Program-made: the position numbers and the translations under genes | Shown: positions 1-11,523 of the stretch, in pieces | How positions within the stretch are numbered: the stretch's first letter is position 1 | Layout of the letters: the number at the start of each line of letters is the position of its first letter | From: Lingula anatina | Lineage: Eukaryota > Animalia > Brachiopoda | Length of the DNA stretch: 64,000 bases | Direction: 5' to 3' | Assembly (NCBI GenBank): GCA_051362555.1 | Contig: CM120640.1 | Coordinates: 44,680,788-44,744,787, forward strand | The notes under the pieces: model-generated | Database searches by the model: none | What the model saw: only the letters and a program-made list of their open reading frames with translations | Told to the model about the DNA's origin: nothing

Positions 1-528
1 CCCGAAGGGTAGCACCTTCCAATAATATTATAGGTTAGGTCTGTGTAGTTTCTGAATATCAGCGCAAATAATTTTTTTTTCGAAAAAAATTTCGTTTTTT
101 TGAAAATTTTGGCTCGTTTGACCTTGAAATAAAGGTCAAAGGTCAAATCCAAGGGCATATTTGAAATCTCCACATATGACTTTCGGATAGCCGTCTGTAG
201 AAATTTTTCCCATAATTCCTTCCGTAGGGTAGATAATTAGCATTTAATTTTGCCATTTTTGGACAAGGGTGCATTGCAATGAGTGCCACACCTAGACCCC
301 AATTCTGACAAAGCCCAAATTGTACGTGGAACGAGTTGAGATTATAGGTGGCCTAAATCCAAGAGATGGGTATGGAGGCCCTTACCGTCTAGGAGGAGAA
401 GCGGTAACGGTGAGATGGCGGCGGAGCCAGAGGAGCCGGCGGAGCCGCAGGAGCCGGCGGAGCCGGCGGAACATGCGGGTCGGGACTAAAACCATGTGTA
501 CCGCCAGCGCCTACGCTGGTGGTACAAT
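1..528 (-). mobile_element. Non-autonomous Helentron/HINE-like element, family A; 5' part, runs off the window start
   Basis: 1-410 is a close copy of about 2447-2856. Read on the minus strand, the end at 528 is ATTGTACCACCAGCG-tagg-CGCTGGCGGTAC (subterminal IR plus hairpin), followed by a GGAGCCGGC-type microsatellite at 420-470. The same terminus occurs at about 63633 on +. Confidence 0.7.
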
Positions 529-613
529 TAACAATGTTGTAAAGATGCAGGAAATATCAAACAAACACTTTTACGTATCTTATTAGTTAAATAATGAGAC
601 TGTTAACATGCCT

Positions 614-2883
614 AACTAGAGGATCAGAGAGGCGATACCGCCTCCGAATATTGTACCACCAGCTGGAGCAAGCGCATTCGTATAGACCCCCACATATACA
701 AAATAAGGAACACAGCCACCAGTCTTGTGCTTGACAAGCTGTAAAAATGCAATCAACAAGAATTTTCAAAATATGCAAAAAATATATATATAACTAAAAA
801 TGGTACAATCAAAGTTCATCGTAAGGTAGGTCAAAGGTCAATTCCAAGGTCACAGTAAATTGCCAGTATATGACTTCCTATTCAACTTCAATAGTAACTA
901 TGGGCCTATCTCTGCCAGGTTTGGAGTTAAAAGAGAAAGAAATTAGCAGAGTTCAGTTCATGGTGAAAAGTAGGTCAAAGGTCAATTTTAAGGTCACATG
1001 TAGATTGCCAGTATATGACTTCCTATTCAAGTTCAATAGAAACTATGGACCTATCTCTGCCAGTTTTGGAGATAAAAGGAAAGCAAAATTTGCAAAGTTC
1101 AGTTCATGGTGAAAAGTAGGTCAAAGGTCAATTTTAAGGTCACATGTAGATTGCCAGTATATGACTTCCTATTCAAGTTCAATAGAGACTATGGACCTAT
1201 CTCTGCCAGTTTTGGAGATAAAAGGGAAGCAAAATTTGCAAAGTTCAGTTCATGGTAAAAAGTAGGTCAAAGGTCAATTTTAAGGTCACATTTAGATTGC
1301 CAGTATATGACTTCCTATTCAACTTCAATAGTAACTATGGACCTATCTCTGCCAGTTTTGGAGATAAAAGGGAATCAAAATTTGCAAAGTTCAGTTCATG
1401 GTGAAAAGTAGGTCAAAGGTCAATTTTAAGGTCACATTTAGATTGCCAGTATATGACTTCCTATTCAACTTCAATAGTAACTATGGACCTATCTCTGCCA
1501 GTTTTGGAGATATAAGGGACTAAATGTTATAATTTTGGAGTTACCATAATGTGCCATAAATTTCCTACAGAAAAAATTAATTAAAATAAAGAAAAGGTCA
1601 TTTTGGTCAAAATTCTTGAAATGGGAGGTGCTCTGAAGTTCCAGATGTTCAAATTTGATGAAATAATGTCATTTTTGACCACAAGTTGTCTGCTTTTCCA
1701 AGCCTTATGTTTTATTTTTCCGGAGTTCAAAATTTATTATCCATTACCGTACTGCACATTTTGCTTTCACCACCAATATGTACTTTTTGATACAGCGTAA
1801 CTTTGGAGATAAAAGGGAAGCAAAATTTGCAAAGTTCAGTTCTTGGTGAAAAGTAGGTCAAAGGTCAATTTTAAGGTCACATTTAGATTGCCAGTATATG
1901 ACTTCCTATTCAACTTCAATAGTAACTATGGACCTATCTCTGCCAGTTTTGGAGATATAAGGGACTAAATGTTATAATTTTGGAGTTACCATAATGTGCC
2001 TTAAATTTCGTACAGAAAAAATTAATTAAAATAAAGAAAATGTCATTTTGGTCAAAATTCTTGAAATAGGAGGTGCTCTGAAGTTTCAGAAGTTCAAGTT
2101 TGATGAAATAATGTCATTTTTGAACACAAGTTGTCTGCTTTGCCAAGCCTAATGTTTTATTTTTCCAGAGTTCAAAATTTATTATCCATTACCGTACTGC
2201 ACATTTTGCTTTTACCACCAATATGTACTTTTTGATACAGCGTAACTCGAAAACTGTATGGAATACAAAAAAACCGAGACCACCATCAGTGTTGGGCTTT
2301 ACATGCTCTACAAAATGCAAAAAAGAATGGGTCTCTAGCATTAACGGTTCCCGAATTAGAGACAGTTTTCAGTTTCGGTATCTTATGGCCGCTACTCCCG
2401 TGAAAATGCACCGATTGACCCCAAATTCATGGAGATGAAAGATGACCTGAAGGGTAACACTTTCCAATAATATTATTGGTTAAGTCTGTGTGGTGTCTGA
2501 ATAACAGGGCAAAAAAATTTTTTTTCGTAAAAAATTTCATTTTTTTGAAAATTTTGGCCCATTTGACCTTGAAGTAAAGGTCAAAGGTCAAATCCAAGGG
2601 TATATTTGAAATCTACACATATGACTTTTGGAAAGCCGTCTATAGAAATTTTTCCCATAACTCCTTCCGTAGGGTAGATAATTAGCATTTAATTTTGCCA
2701 TTTTTAGACAAGGGTGCATTGCAATGAGTGCCACACCCAGACCCCAATACCGACAAAGCCCAAATTTTACGTGGAACGAGTTGAGATTATAGGTGACCTA
2801 AATCCATGAGATGGGTATGGGGGGCCTTACCGTCTAGGAGGAGAAGCGGTAACGGTAGCTTCTGCTAACGCTGGTGGTACAAT
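614..2883 (-). mobile_element. Helentron/HINE-like element, family A, both ends present, with internal satellite array
   Basis: 3' end CTAG at 616-619 with hairpin GAGGCG-atac-CGCCTC (629-644). Subterminal IRs TTGTACCACCAG (651-662) and CTGGTGGTACAA (2871-2882). No transposase or RepHel ORF. Confidence 0.75.
810..2245. repeat. 146-bp tandem array (about 5 units) plus a 445-bp higher-order duplication inside the HINE
   Basis: TAGGTCAAAGGTCA recurs at 827, 971, 1117, 1263, 1409 (periods 144, 146, 146, 146) and 1854. Block 1501-1800 is repeated at 1946-2245 (offset 445). Confidence 0.92.
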
Positions 2884-2889
2884 AATTGA

Positions 2890-3437
2890 ATCTGAGGAAA
2901 TGTGAAAAAACAGCATAACTTCTAAAATAAAGGCCCGATCATGCTGATTTTCGAACTTGACCTGCGTATTATGAATATCCATCAGTTCTGTTAGTTTCAA
3001 GCCAAAAGGTAAAATGTTATTTCACTTATCGTGTTATAGGTGTTGCATATATGCTGAGAAAAGTGAAAAAACAGCGTAACTTCCCTAAAAATGACCCGAT
3101 CATGCTGATTTTCGAAATTGACCTGCGGATTACGAATATTCATCAGTTTTGTAAGTTTCAAGCCAAAAGTAAAATGGTTTCCCACTTATCATGTTATCAG
3201 TGCTGCATATATGCTGAAAAAAGTGAAAAAACAGCATAACTTCCCTAAAAATGGCCCGATCATGCTGATTTTCGAACTTGACCTGCATATTAGGAATATT
3301 CACCAGTTCTGTAAGTTTCAAGCCAAAAGCAAAAACGGTGTTCCACTTATCGTGTTATCGGTAAAAGTGCACGACGGCGACGACAGACGCAGATGATAGC
3401 TATATGTACAGACACATCTGTGTCTGTACATAAAAAG
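2890..3437 (-). mobile_element. Truncated HINE-like element, family B, with three ~160-bp units
   Basis: ATGCTGATTTTCGAA at 2941, 3102 and 3262 (periods 161, 160). Followed by a GAC-rich microsatellite-like tract (about 3371-3392), a perfect palindrome TATGTACAGACACA-tc-TGTGTCTGTACATA (about 3403-3432) and an A-run. Confidence 0.65.
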
Positions 3438-4353
3438 AATAATAGATGGGGTGTGGGTGCTACAGAACATATTGGGAAGGCACAAGTGGCATTTCACAAA
3501 TGGGGACAAAGGAGCCATTCAGTGCAGTTTAGGTGCCATTTTCTATATGGTGTCTGTCCAATAACTACTTTGAGCATTATCTCTGTTTAATGCATTTTGA
3601 TAGTTGCAGTCACGACAGGTAGTCAAATAACTTTTTAGATGTAATTAGTCATAGTTTGCAACCATAGACTGTTAATTCTTAATGACTGAAAATTATTCAA
3701 ACAGATTTAAGGCAGTATTTTTTCAAATGTAACAACGTCTTATCTACATATGTAATATACAAGTGTTTCTATTTATCAATTTTCACAAATTTTGTATATT
3801 ATTTAAGATTGAATAATAACATAACTAAATTTGCCACAGAGGCACATCAAAAGCAGAAATACAACAAATACATATAGAGTAAATTTAAACAGTTTTATTA
3901 TTATGGACCACCAAACTCTTAAAAAGGAACCAGAGGAAGTGTTACTGTGTAAACTCATTAAATTAATAATCAATCAACTTGTCACATAACCTTCCATACA
4001 AAGGTCTTTAGAAAAACTGTTGTCAGTCCTTGGGCGCTCTTTTGCAATAACCAACAGAGTTATTGATGCCATTAACTATCAAAGTCTTTAGTTTTTATCA
4101 ATATCTATTAATTGTGATTCTCCAGTGAAAGACAGCATTCCAGTAACATCTCCATCTTTTGTCTATTAGCATATGAGGTAGCTAGACAGAATCTACCATT
4201 CCAAACTTTCCAGAAGGAGTGTCAACAGTTCTTCTCCGATTTACTGACCACACTGTGACACCACAAAGAAAATTCTTCCTACTTTGGTAAACGTGCATAT
4301 TATCCTTGACACAAATTTATAACAATAATTGTTCTTCCTAAGTGCTCCACTCA

Positions 4354-6807
4354 TCATTTCAGTTTCTTTAGTAAGACTCTTGATACCTAAAAAAAAAAAA
4401 AGACGAAGCAACACTTAAAATTTGAATTTGAAAAATAAATGTTCTGTATAAAACATGAATTGAATAACATTATTTATGTTGCCTTTTAAGATTGCAATTG
4501 CCCGCAACATCTTTTTTCTTGTTTGTGCTCAAACACTGAGGAAGTTGTTATTTCAAAATTGACAGTTTTACACCCTGCTAAGCTGAAGGAGTATTGCCAT
4601 AATAACAGTCGCAAAGTTGAATAATCTCTTGTCATTTTGTCATATGGAATACAAGTTAAGGAGACACCATTCTTTATGATAACTGGCTACAATACTTACG
4701 CATGCATCTACACAGTGAATGTAAGCATATAATTCATCAGCACAGTTCTCTCCAGGTCTCCCTCTGTTTTCATTGACCATGTCAGTGCAATCGTCTAATT
4801 TCTTCTTTATGTCAACACAGCCTTCACTGCATTTCTCTTTTGTTTCCTCAATGGGGTCCTGCAGGAACAAGATACATTCACTAAGTCTTACTGAGCTTAA
4901 GGGACATCAACTTTAGGTTTCTTCACAAATTAATAGGTCTCATTAAATGTCAAATTAAAAGATCTCATTACAAACAAAATAATATATAGTCAGGTCAGAA
5001 AATCTTAATCTCATGGCCTAGTTGATAAGTGTAAGTAGAGAAAGATGAGTGCTTAAAGCCATTCTAGTGTTGTCATAACTTTCAGATTCTTCTTTAAACA
5101 GCTAAGTCCAAACTTAAATTTAAACATAGACATTTAAATTCGAGATGGTACTTGCTGTCTCCTCTCTTATAGTAGACAATACTGATACATACCACTAATT
5201 CTTCCTCCTCTTCCTCTTCTTCTTCTTCTTCCTCTTCTTCAGGGTCATCCTTAAAACAAGAAATTTCTGATAGTTACACGCCAGTATGAAATGTGTAAAA
5301 AAGATGAAGAGAAGAAGAAGAAAAAAAAACTTCAATTCTGAGCTAATCTGGATCTGCTTAAAAGGAAAGGGCATGGTGACATATCTTCAACTCTTTATAA
5401 CAACTTTGTTACCCTCCCCACCTCCTTCCATCAAAAGATATTATGCAGCAACACTTTCTAAACTATTCAAATTTGATGCCAAGGCTCATATGATACAGAA
5501 TTTCAATTTTCTTTTCTATAGAAATGCAATTGAGACTTTTGACCATCCTTAAAACAAGCACAAACTTGAACATTTAGACAGGTCAGCATCACTTATGAAG
5601 TGGGGTTGGCCATATTTAGGCAGCAGATCAGTCAGTCCATGGATCAACTATTCTGAATGCAATCTTCACATTTGAAACTCAGAAATAACAATCCCATCAG
5701 TACTGTATACTGCCCTAATGAGATTACTTCACATTAAATTGAAATCTGATATGAATTGTGTACTATCATAAAATATCCCAATAACATAATTTTTATCACT
5801 AATATTCACATACCATGATTTGGAGACCTTCAATCTGAAATCGAGAAACAAATTTTATATATTTTGCAAAAAAATTCAAGACCAAGGGACCAGGGGGCAG
5901 CACTTACAGCACTAATACAAATACTTCATCCAATTCTAATCTTCATATCAAGTGACATTCTACAATAATCCAAAAGAATTAGAATTTCTACCATAATCTA
6001 CTTCTGTCCATCATATCATTGTACTGTCACCAGTTGCCTGACCCAGATGTTTTTAGAACAAATTTATCCAAAGCATCATAATGTGCTGTTTAAATTGCAC
6101 CTCACATTCAATTAAAAGAGAGAGTGGGGCTTCCTTGATTGAGTGACATTATGTTAAATTTTTTTTTTTGATTTGATAGGTTTTCAAAATTTCAAAAGAA
6201 CGCAGCACCATGTAGCCTGGGATGTCAATTTTGGAGCATTCATTGAATATGAACAAACCTGACGTGTTTTTACACAATGAGAGTTGAATATCCATATGAA
6301 AAACAGGGCAATTTACCTTGGGCTGTTATAGGTAGACTTGGTTTCGTGGCAATATGATGGCTGTTTGTTTTATTTTGAGTTTTTGTCTCAAAAACCTATG
6401 CAACTTATTGAGTTTACTGACAGATGCTTACTATGCAATACATATGACAAATTGTTTTGGCATACTTAACAAATTTTCAAATATTTTCCTTGAAATAGCA
6501 AATACATTTATTTAAGTGTCATCATAACCGAAATTAGAAAAAAACAACGAAAGTCAAAGGCCTGTCGTTTTGGGGGCATACACAAGTACCGTTCTTCACT
6601 TCAACTTCGTGCCAGGTAAGGTCAATGGTTCTAAATTGTAAATATCCTAAATTAAACAATCAAACTAACAGTGAAAAGCAATCTGTCAGGGTAACTAATG
6701 ATATCCCATATGTGACGCAGCTATAAAACAAAACAAACTATAGCATAATCTACCTCCTCAGGACCCTGATCTCTTCCAGTTAAATCTTTCACGTTGTCCG
6801 ACGCCAT
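4354..6807 (-). CDS. UQCRH: Cytochrome b-c1 complex subunit 6 (hinge protein), 100 aa, 4 exons
   Basis: Exons 6807-6754, 5249-5193, 4858-4700, 4386-4354; all GT-AG, phase 0. Protein MASDNVK...DDP(E)14LVDPIEETKEKC...C...LDDC...ENCADELYAYIHCVDACVSRVLLKKLK: acidic N-terminus, LVDP motif and hinge Cys pattern. Confidence 0.95.
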
Positions 6808-6900
6808 ATTTCACTTCAATGTGACGCACGTTCCGCACATGCGCCGAGAGGCAACTTCCGGTGTTATGGCTAAAAGAAATATACGCGGCATACGGATAAG
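6808..6900. promoter_or_regulatory. Putative bidirectional promoter, UQCRH/CLCC1
   Basis: CpG-rich patch between head-to-head genes. Contains TGACG half-CRE (6822-6826), NRF1-like CGCACATGCGC (6834-6844) and ETS/GABP ACTTCCGGT (6854-6862). Confidence 0.55.
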
Positions 6901-7466
6901 TTTGAATGGTGCTTCATGTCTTGTTATCAGCAATAGACAATTTACAGACCTATATCTTAAGGCATATCTTAAGGCAGTTTATATATTGAATTCTTTGCAT
7001 ATTAGACCACTATAGCAATGTGTCAAAAACCAATATCATTTCCAAAAGTGAAAGTAAAAGTTTCACAAGATTTTTTACTACTATACTAGTTTTGTTTTAG
7101 ATAAAAATACATGGAGACTGTGATAGCGTGTGTATTATTAATAGTACTAATGTTACAAAGCTGACACAAAACCACAGTTTAAACACCACAAACTGAGGTG
7201 AACAGTCAACATAAGAGAAAATATGCAGGCTGGGTTGTGTTTACCAACAGACCTTTTCCTCCTACTAGCCTAGTAGATTATGGAAGAATGTAAACTTCCA
7301 TTGTTACTTCCACATGGTTTTTCATTCCATGAATGGTAAATCATAACTGATGACTGTTAATATTTTTTCCACAGCTCTGAACACGTAGGGCAGGTTGTGA
7401 TGTGACCAATTGAGAAGACAGATAACATATTGACCATTCTGCCACTGGGTACATGTAGCTTAACAA

Positions 7467-10400
7467 ATGTTAGAACAGAGCTGCTTCATGTATCAGACTG
7501 CAGTCCTGCAGTGTGTTATTGCCATGCTGCTAGTAAGCAGTGTGCTGTCACAAGATCAGAAAGACTGGATTGACCCTCATGACATGGAGAAATTTGACAG
7601 CAGGAAGGTTGAACGGCAGTTTAGCAAGGTGCATATATGTATGTTATAGAGTTAAAGTATTTTCAAATGTTCTTTTAAATTTTTTTTTTTCAGAAATGAT
7701 GTATTGTAAATTGAGTTGTTTATTGGAAACTAGTAGGACAAATGCACTTACTTATATATTTTCCAGTAAAAAAAGAGACATTTGTGCTGAAAATATTTGT
7801 AATATGATTGTGTGGTGCATGTAATCTACAATCAAGTTCACTGTTATCAGACATGAGCCTAGGTTAAAAAAAACTCTGAACATTTATCATGGGACCTAAC
7901 ACCTAACCTTAATGAATCAAATGAATTAAAAACACGGAATTCCACTTTTCCACAGAGAAAGCTCATATCTGTTGTTATCTTTTTCTAAGACTGACACAGG
8001 TATATCATGCTCATTATTTAAAGGAGGAGAGAGGTGAAGTGAAAGCACAACAGGTGCCCTGCCCTAAGATCATCAATGAGTGTGAAAATAAATTGGTGAT
8101 CTGCAAAGAAGAAAATGACAAATTACAACTGGAAAGCCAGTCTTGTGTTATCCAACCAGTGGAGATGCCTTATTTCAGACAGTTTGTGCAAGTCTTGATC
8201 AACTATATGGATCTCAAAGTAATTAAAAACATTTTGATTTTTTGATAATATTACTATGTATTGTTTGCTTAATTTTAAAGGTGAAGATTTTTTATTTTTT
8301 AATAACTTGGATAAGTACATTTATATATTTTTATTTTTATGATGTGTAATGTATGCTTAGTTTTCAGAAAAGTTTTGAATCTGCAATCTTTGCAAAATAT
8401 TTGGATTATGTTTACCTGTAGTTTACAGAAAAGCATTTGGAATCCTTACTTAACACATTTTACCCAGTATGTTTGCTTTTATCTCATTAACCCTCAAGCG
8501 ACTAAGCTATTTTACTGACTGAAATGACCAAGTGGGGTCATCTATGACCTCATTGTACTCTGTACAGGGATCCTTATTATAAAAGGCTGGTTGGGGGTTT
8601 AACACACCTATACTACTCCCAGAATTTAAGACAGGTACTTCATAATGATATAATGTAATAAGTATTTGGTATTAATACTTTTATTGCAAGAAATAACCAA
8701 ACACAGATTTTGAAATGGGAACTGGACCAGACAGCTCATATGGTAGAATGCTTACCTTTGGTCATGATCAGTACTAGTAGCTTGTAAGTTCAATCACAGA
8801 CTGGGTCATACCAAAGACCAACATGAAAATGGTAACTGCTGTCTCCTCTCTAAGCACTCTGCATATAGAGGTTGAAGTAGGGAACAAAGCCAGTTCTGCT
8901 GTACAACTGGTAACAGAGGCCCATGTGGAAGATAATCTATAGCTTAACATTTTTAAAAACAGTTCAAAAAAAAACAATTTTACCTAATCAGTCTGTATGA
9001 GATCATAATACTGTATGTAATAGTAAAACAATTTTCTTTTTTCGGTTTCAGAAATTTCTGCCAGATGATGAGACGCTCCACTACCAGATGCATGTAAAGC
9101 TGACAGCAGCCCAGTTGAAACTTCTCAAGGCCTACGTCTTAAAGTCTGGAACTGTTCAAGATGCCAGTTCTGTACTAGGGGAGATGATTCAAGATGTGAA
9201 AATAGTGTCACACACTGAAGAACCATGGGTCACTAGGGAGGAGGTGACTGCATATTTAGTGATGGCATTACAGGCGAGTAATATTTGTTTTTAGATATTG
9301 TTGCTTATCTTTTATTGTCACATTATTAAATGTGTCCCACTTGATTTAGGTTCTGCATTCGAATTTTACTGCATAGTTGTAAGCTAGTATTGACAATATT
9401 TTCACACTGTACAAAAAATGACATCATAATAAGTAACCTTGGCAGCCAATGCATCAATTCTCTTGCTATCCAAAATACAACATATATTATTGACTTTCAT
9501 AAGCCACAATGTACCTAAATGTGAAATACATGATCAAAATGGATGGTGAACTCCAGATATTTGTTGTGGCAAATAACTGTTTCTCTATGGTCATATTTCC
9601 TAATCAGGACATTGCATGCTGCTCTTTTTATTAAGAAAATATGTTCTTATCAAATCTTTTTTTTTTTTTAATTCAGGTGGTGTCTATTGTATTTCTTGCT
9701 GTTGGTAGTCTGAAGGTTTTCTATACTCTCAGTGTGTCAGGGATGAGGCTTATGATTCTTCTCAGCATATTCATTAGTGTTCCCTGGAACTGGGTACATT
9801 TATACAAGGTAAGTGTGCTTCAACATATTTTCCTTGTCAGTACATGTAGAATTGGTTTTGATACCACATGTATTTACTTTAACCTTCTATATGTACACAT
9901 TAATTGGAGCACCTCAAAACTGTCATCCAATTTTGTATCGATTACTAATTTTATCAAATTTGCAACTTGATATGCTTTATGCACTATCTACATTATGTTT
10001 TGACAGTCAAATTTGATGCTAAATGTTATAATTCAGTATTATTTGTGTTGTTCTGCTTTGAAGGTTGCTGTGGCCAAAAGAATGAGCGAAGCAATGAAAG
10101 ACATTCCGGAAGCATGTCGCCCAAGAGACCTCACCTGGCAGCACAACTTATTTGAATGGCTTAAATCTTCTTTTACCTTTCAAGATGATGAATGTGCTCT
10201 TTACCATGAAAATCTCTTAGTTGACCCACTGTGGGAGGTAACCCCCACTAAGGCTGTGGCTGTGACACTAACCAAGTTCTTCCTAGAACCAGTAGAGTAT
10301 ATAGCACAGGCTATAAGCAAATTTTTCCGTGGACTCCTACATGATTTGCCTGCTCAACTGTGGCCAGTGGTGCTGGGAATAGTGGTACTGTTTCTCTTGG

Positions 10401-11523
10401 TGTTTATGGTGCTGACTTTGATCATGAAGAATGGGTACAGGCTAGGATTTCCTTTTGGACTCTTGAGACTGGAACCTACTGGGATACCTGATAGTGCTGC
10501 TGCACAGGCATTATGGAGGGAGCAGAAGCAAATGGTGAGAATTTCATCCCTGCACTTTTGGGACAAATGTTGGGGATCATGTTATCCTGCTCAGGTCTGT
10601 GCATCCGTAGGTCCTTGTTTCAGTGCGTTAGTAATGTCTGCTATCTCCTCCTATTCCATTAGAGTTAGGAAATTGAAACTGGGGATTGGAAGACCTGTTG
10701 CCAGTGATGGGCATTCTGGAATTTTAGTGCAACAGTTCTTTTCAGTATGTATTTTCTGTAAAATCCTCCTAGATCATTAGATTTGGGATGAAGACATAAT
10801 ACTGAATATATTATTATTTATGACATTCATTATGTTCATATATGGGATGTGTCCCTAGGGGTGACCTGCTCTTGCTCTTGACAATGTAGGGAAGTGCCAG
10901 GCTATGTGATGGCTACCCATTGACACCATGTAGTCTTTTGGTTGTGTTGTGTTGTATTTTTGGTATAAGCCACTAACTAAGACACATCTGGGTGTTGTCT
11001 CTGTGTTGTTTTTTAGCTAAACTTATGAACTAAGCTACCCTAAACACTGTGATACCTTCAGAGCTTTCTTGGAATTGAAATACATGTGTATATAATTTAC
11101 ATGTATAAATTCAATCCTTGAATGAAAAATTAAAAAAATCAATTAAAAGTTTTTTACATTTAAACCATGATTTAAAGACATGATTTAGGACCATGTGAAC
11201 TGTAATTTTCTTTTATTTATTTATTTATTTGTTTGTTTGTTTGTTTGTTTGTTTGTTTGTTTTATTTTACTTTTATAAAATTTGCTATTGTTTCATTGCA
11301 GATAGAAGATTTACAATCTGCCTTGCAAAAACTACAACCAGCCAATATTAGAGCCATAACAGTGAACAAAGAAACCAAAGAGAAAATGGCTATTGCTGCT
11401 TATGATCAAAATACAACCAAAAATACGACCAAAGATAGTATTGTCAGTCAGGAAGAGAATCTAGAAAGTGAATCTAGTTCTCCAGTGGAAACTGTTGGAA
11501 ACATAAAAGAGGCAGATTCTTGA
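7467..11523 (+). CDS. CLCC1: Chloride channel CLIC-like protein 1 (MCLC family), about 467 aa, 6 coding exons
   Basis: Exons 7467-7628, 8024-8218, 9052-9273 (GC donor), 9677-9808, 10064-10534, 11302-11523; all phase 0. Signal peptide then WIDPHDM motif, ISVPWNWVHLYK, and DDECALYHENLLVDPLWEVTPTKAVAVTLTKFFLEP. The start could instead be the ATG at 7488. Confidence 0.92.
8724..8885 (+). mobile_element. Degenerate tRNA-derived SINE with Meta/MESC-like core, in CLCC1 intron 2
   Basis: A-box-like AGCTCATATGGTAGA (8733-8747), B-box-like GTTCAATC (8788-8795), then GTCATACCAAAGAC...AAAATGGTAACTGCTG...CTAAGCACTC. A short related fragment lies at about 5146-5167. Family name is from recall. Confidence 0.6.

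Noticed and set aside
320-586. 88-aa ORF with RRSRRS repeats (protamine/SR-like)
   Set aside because: It is the translation of the 9-bp microsatellite inside a HINE, and the sister copy at about 2850 lacks it.
810-3360. Regularly spaced repeats as a CRISPR array, and the ORFs within them
   Set aside because: Whole units repeat with no unique spacers, there are no cas genes, and the context is eukaryotic.
8733-8800. tRNA gene
   Set aside because: A/B-box-like motifs are present, but there is no cloverleaf and it continues into a SINE core.
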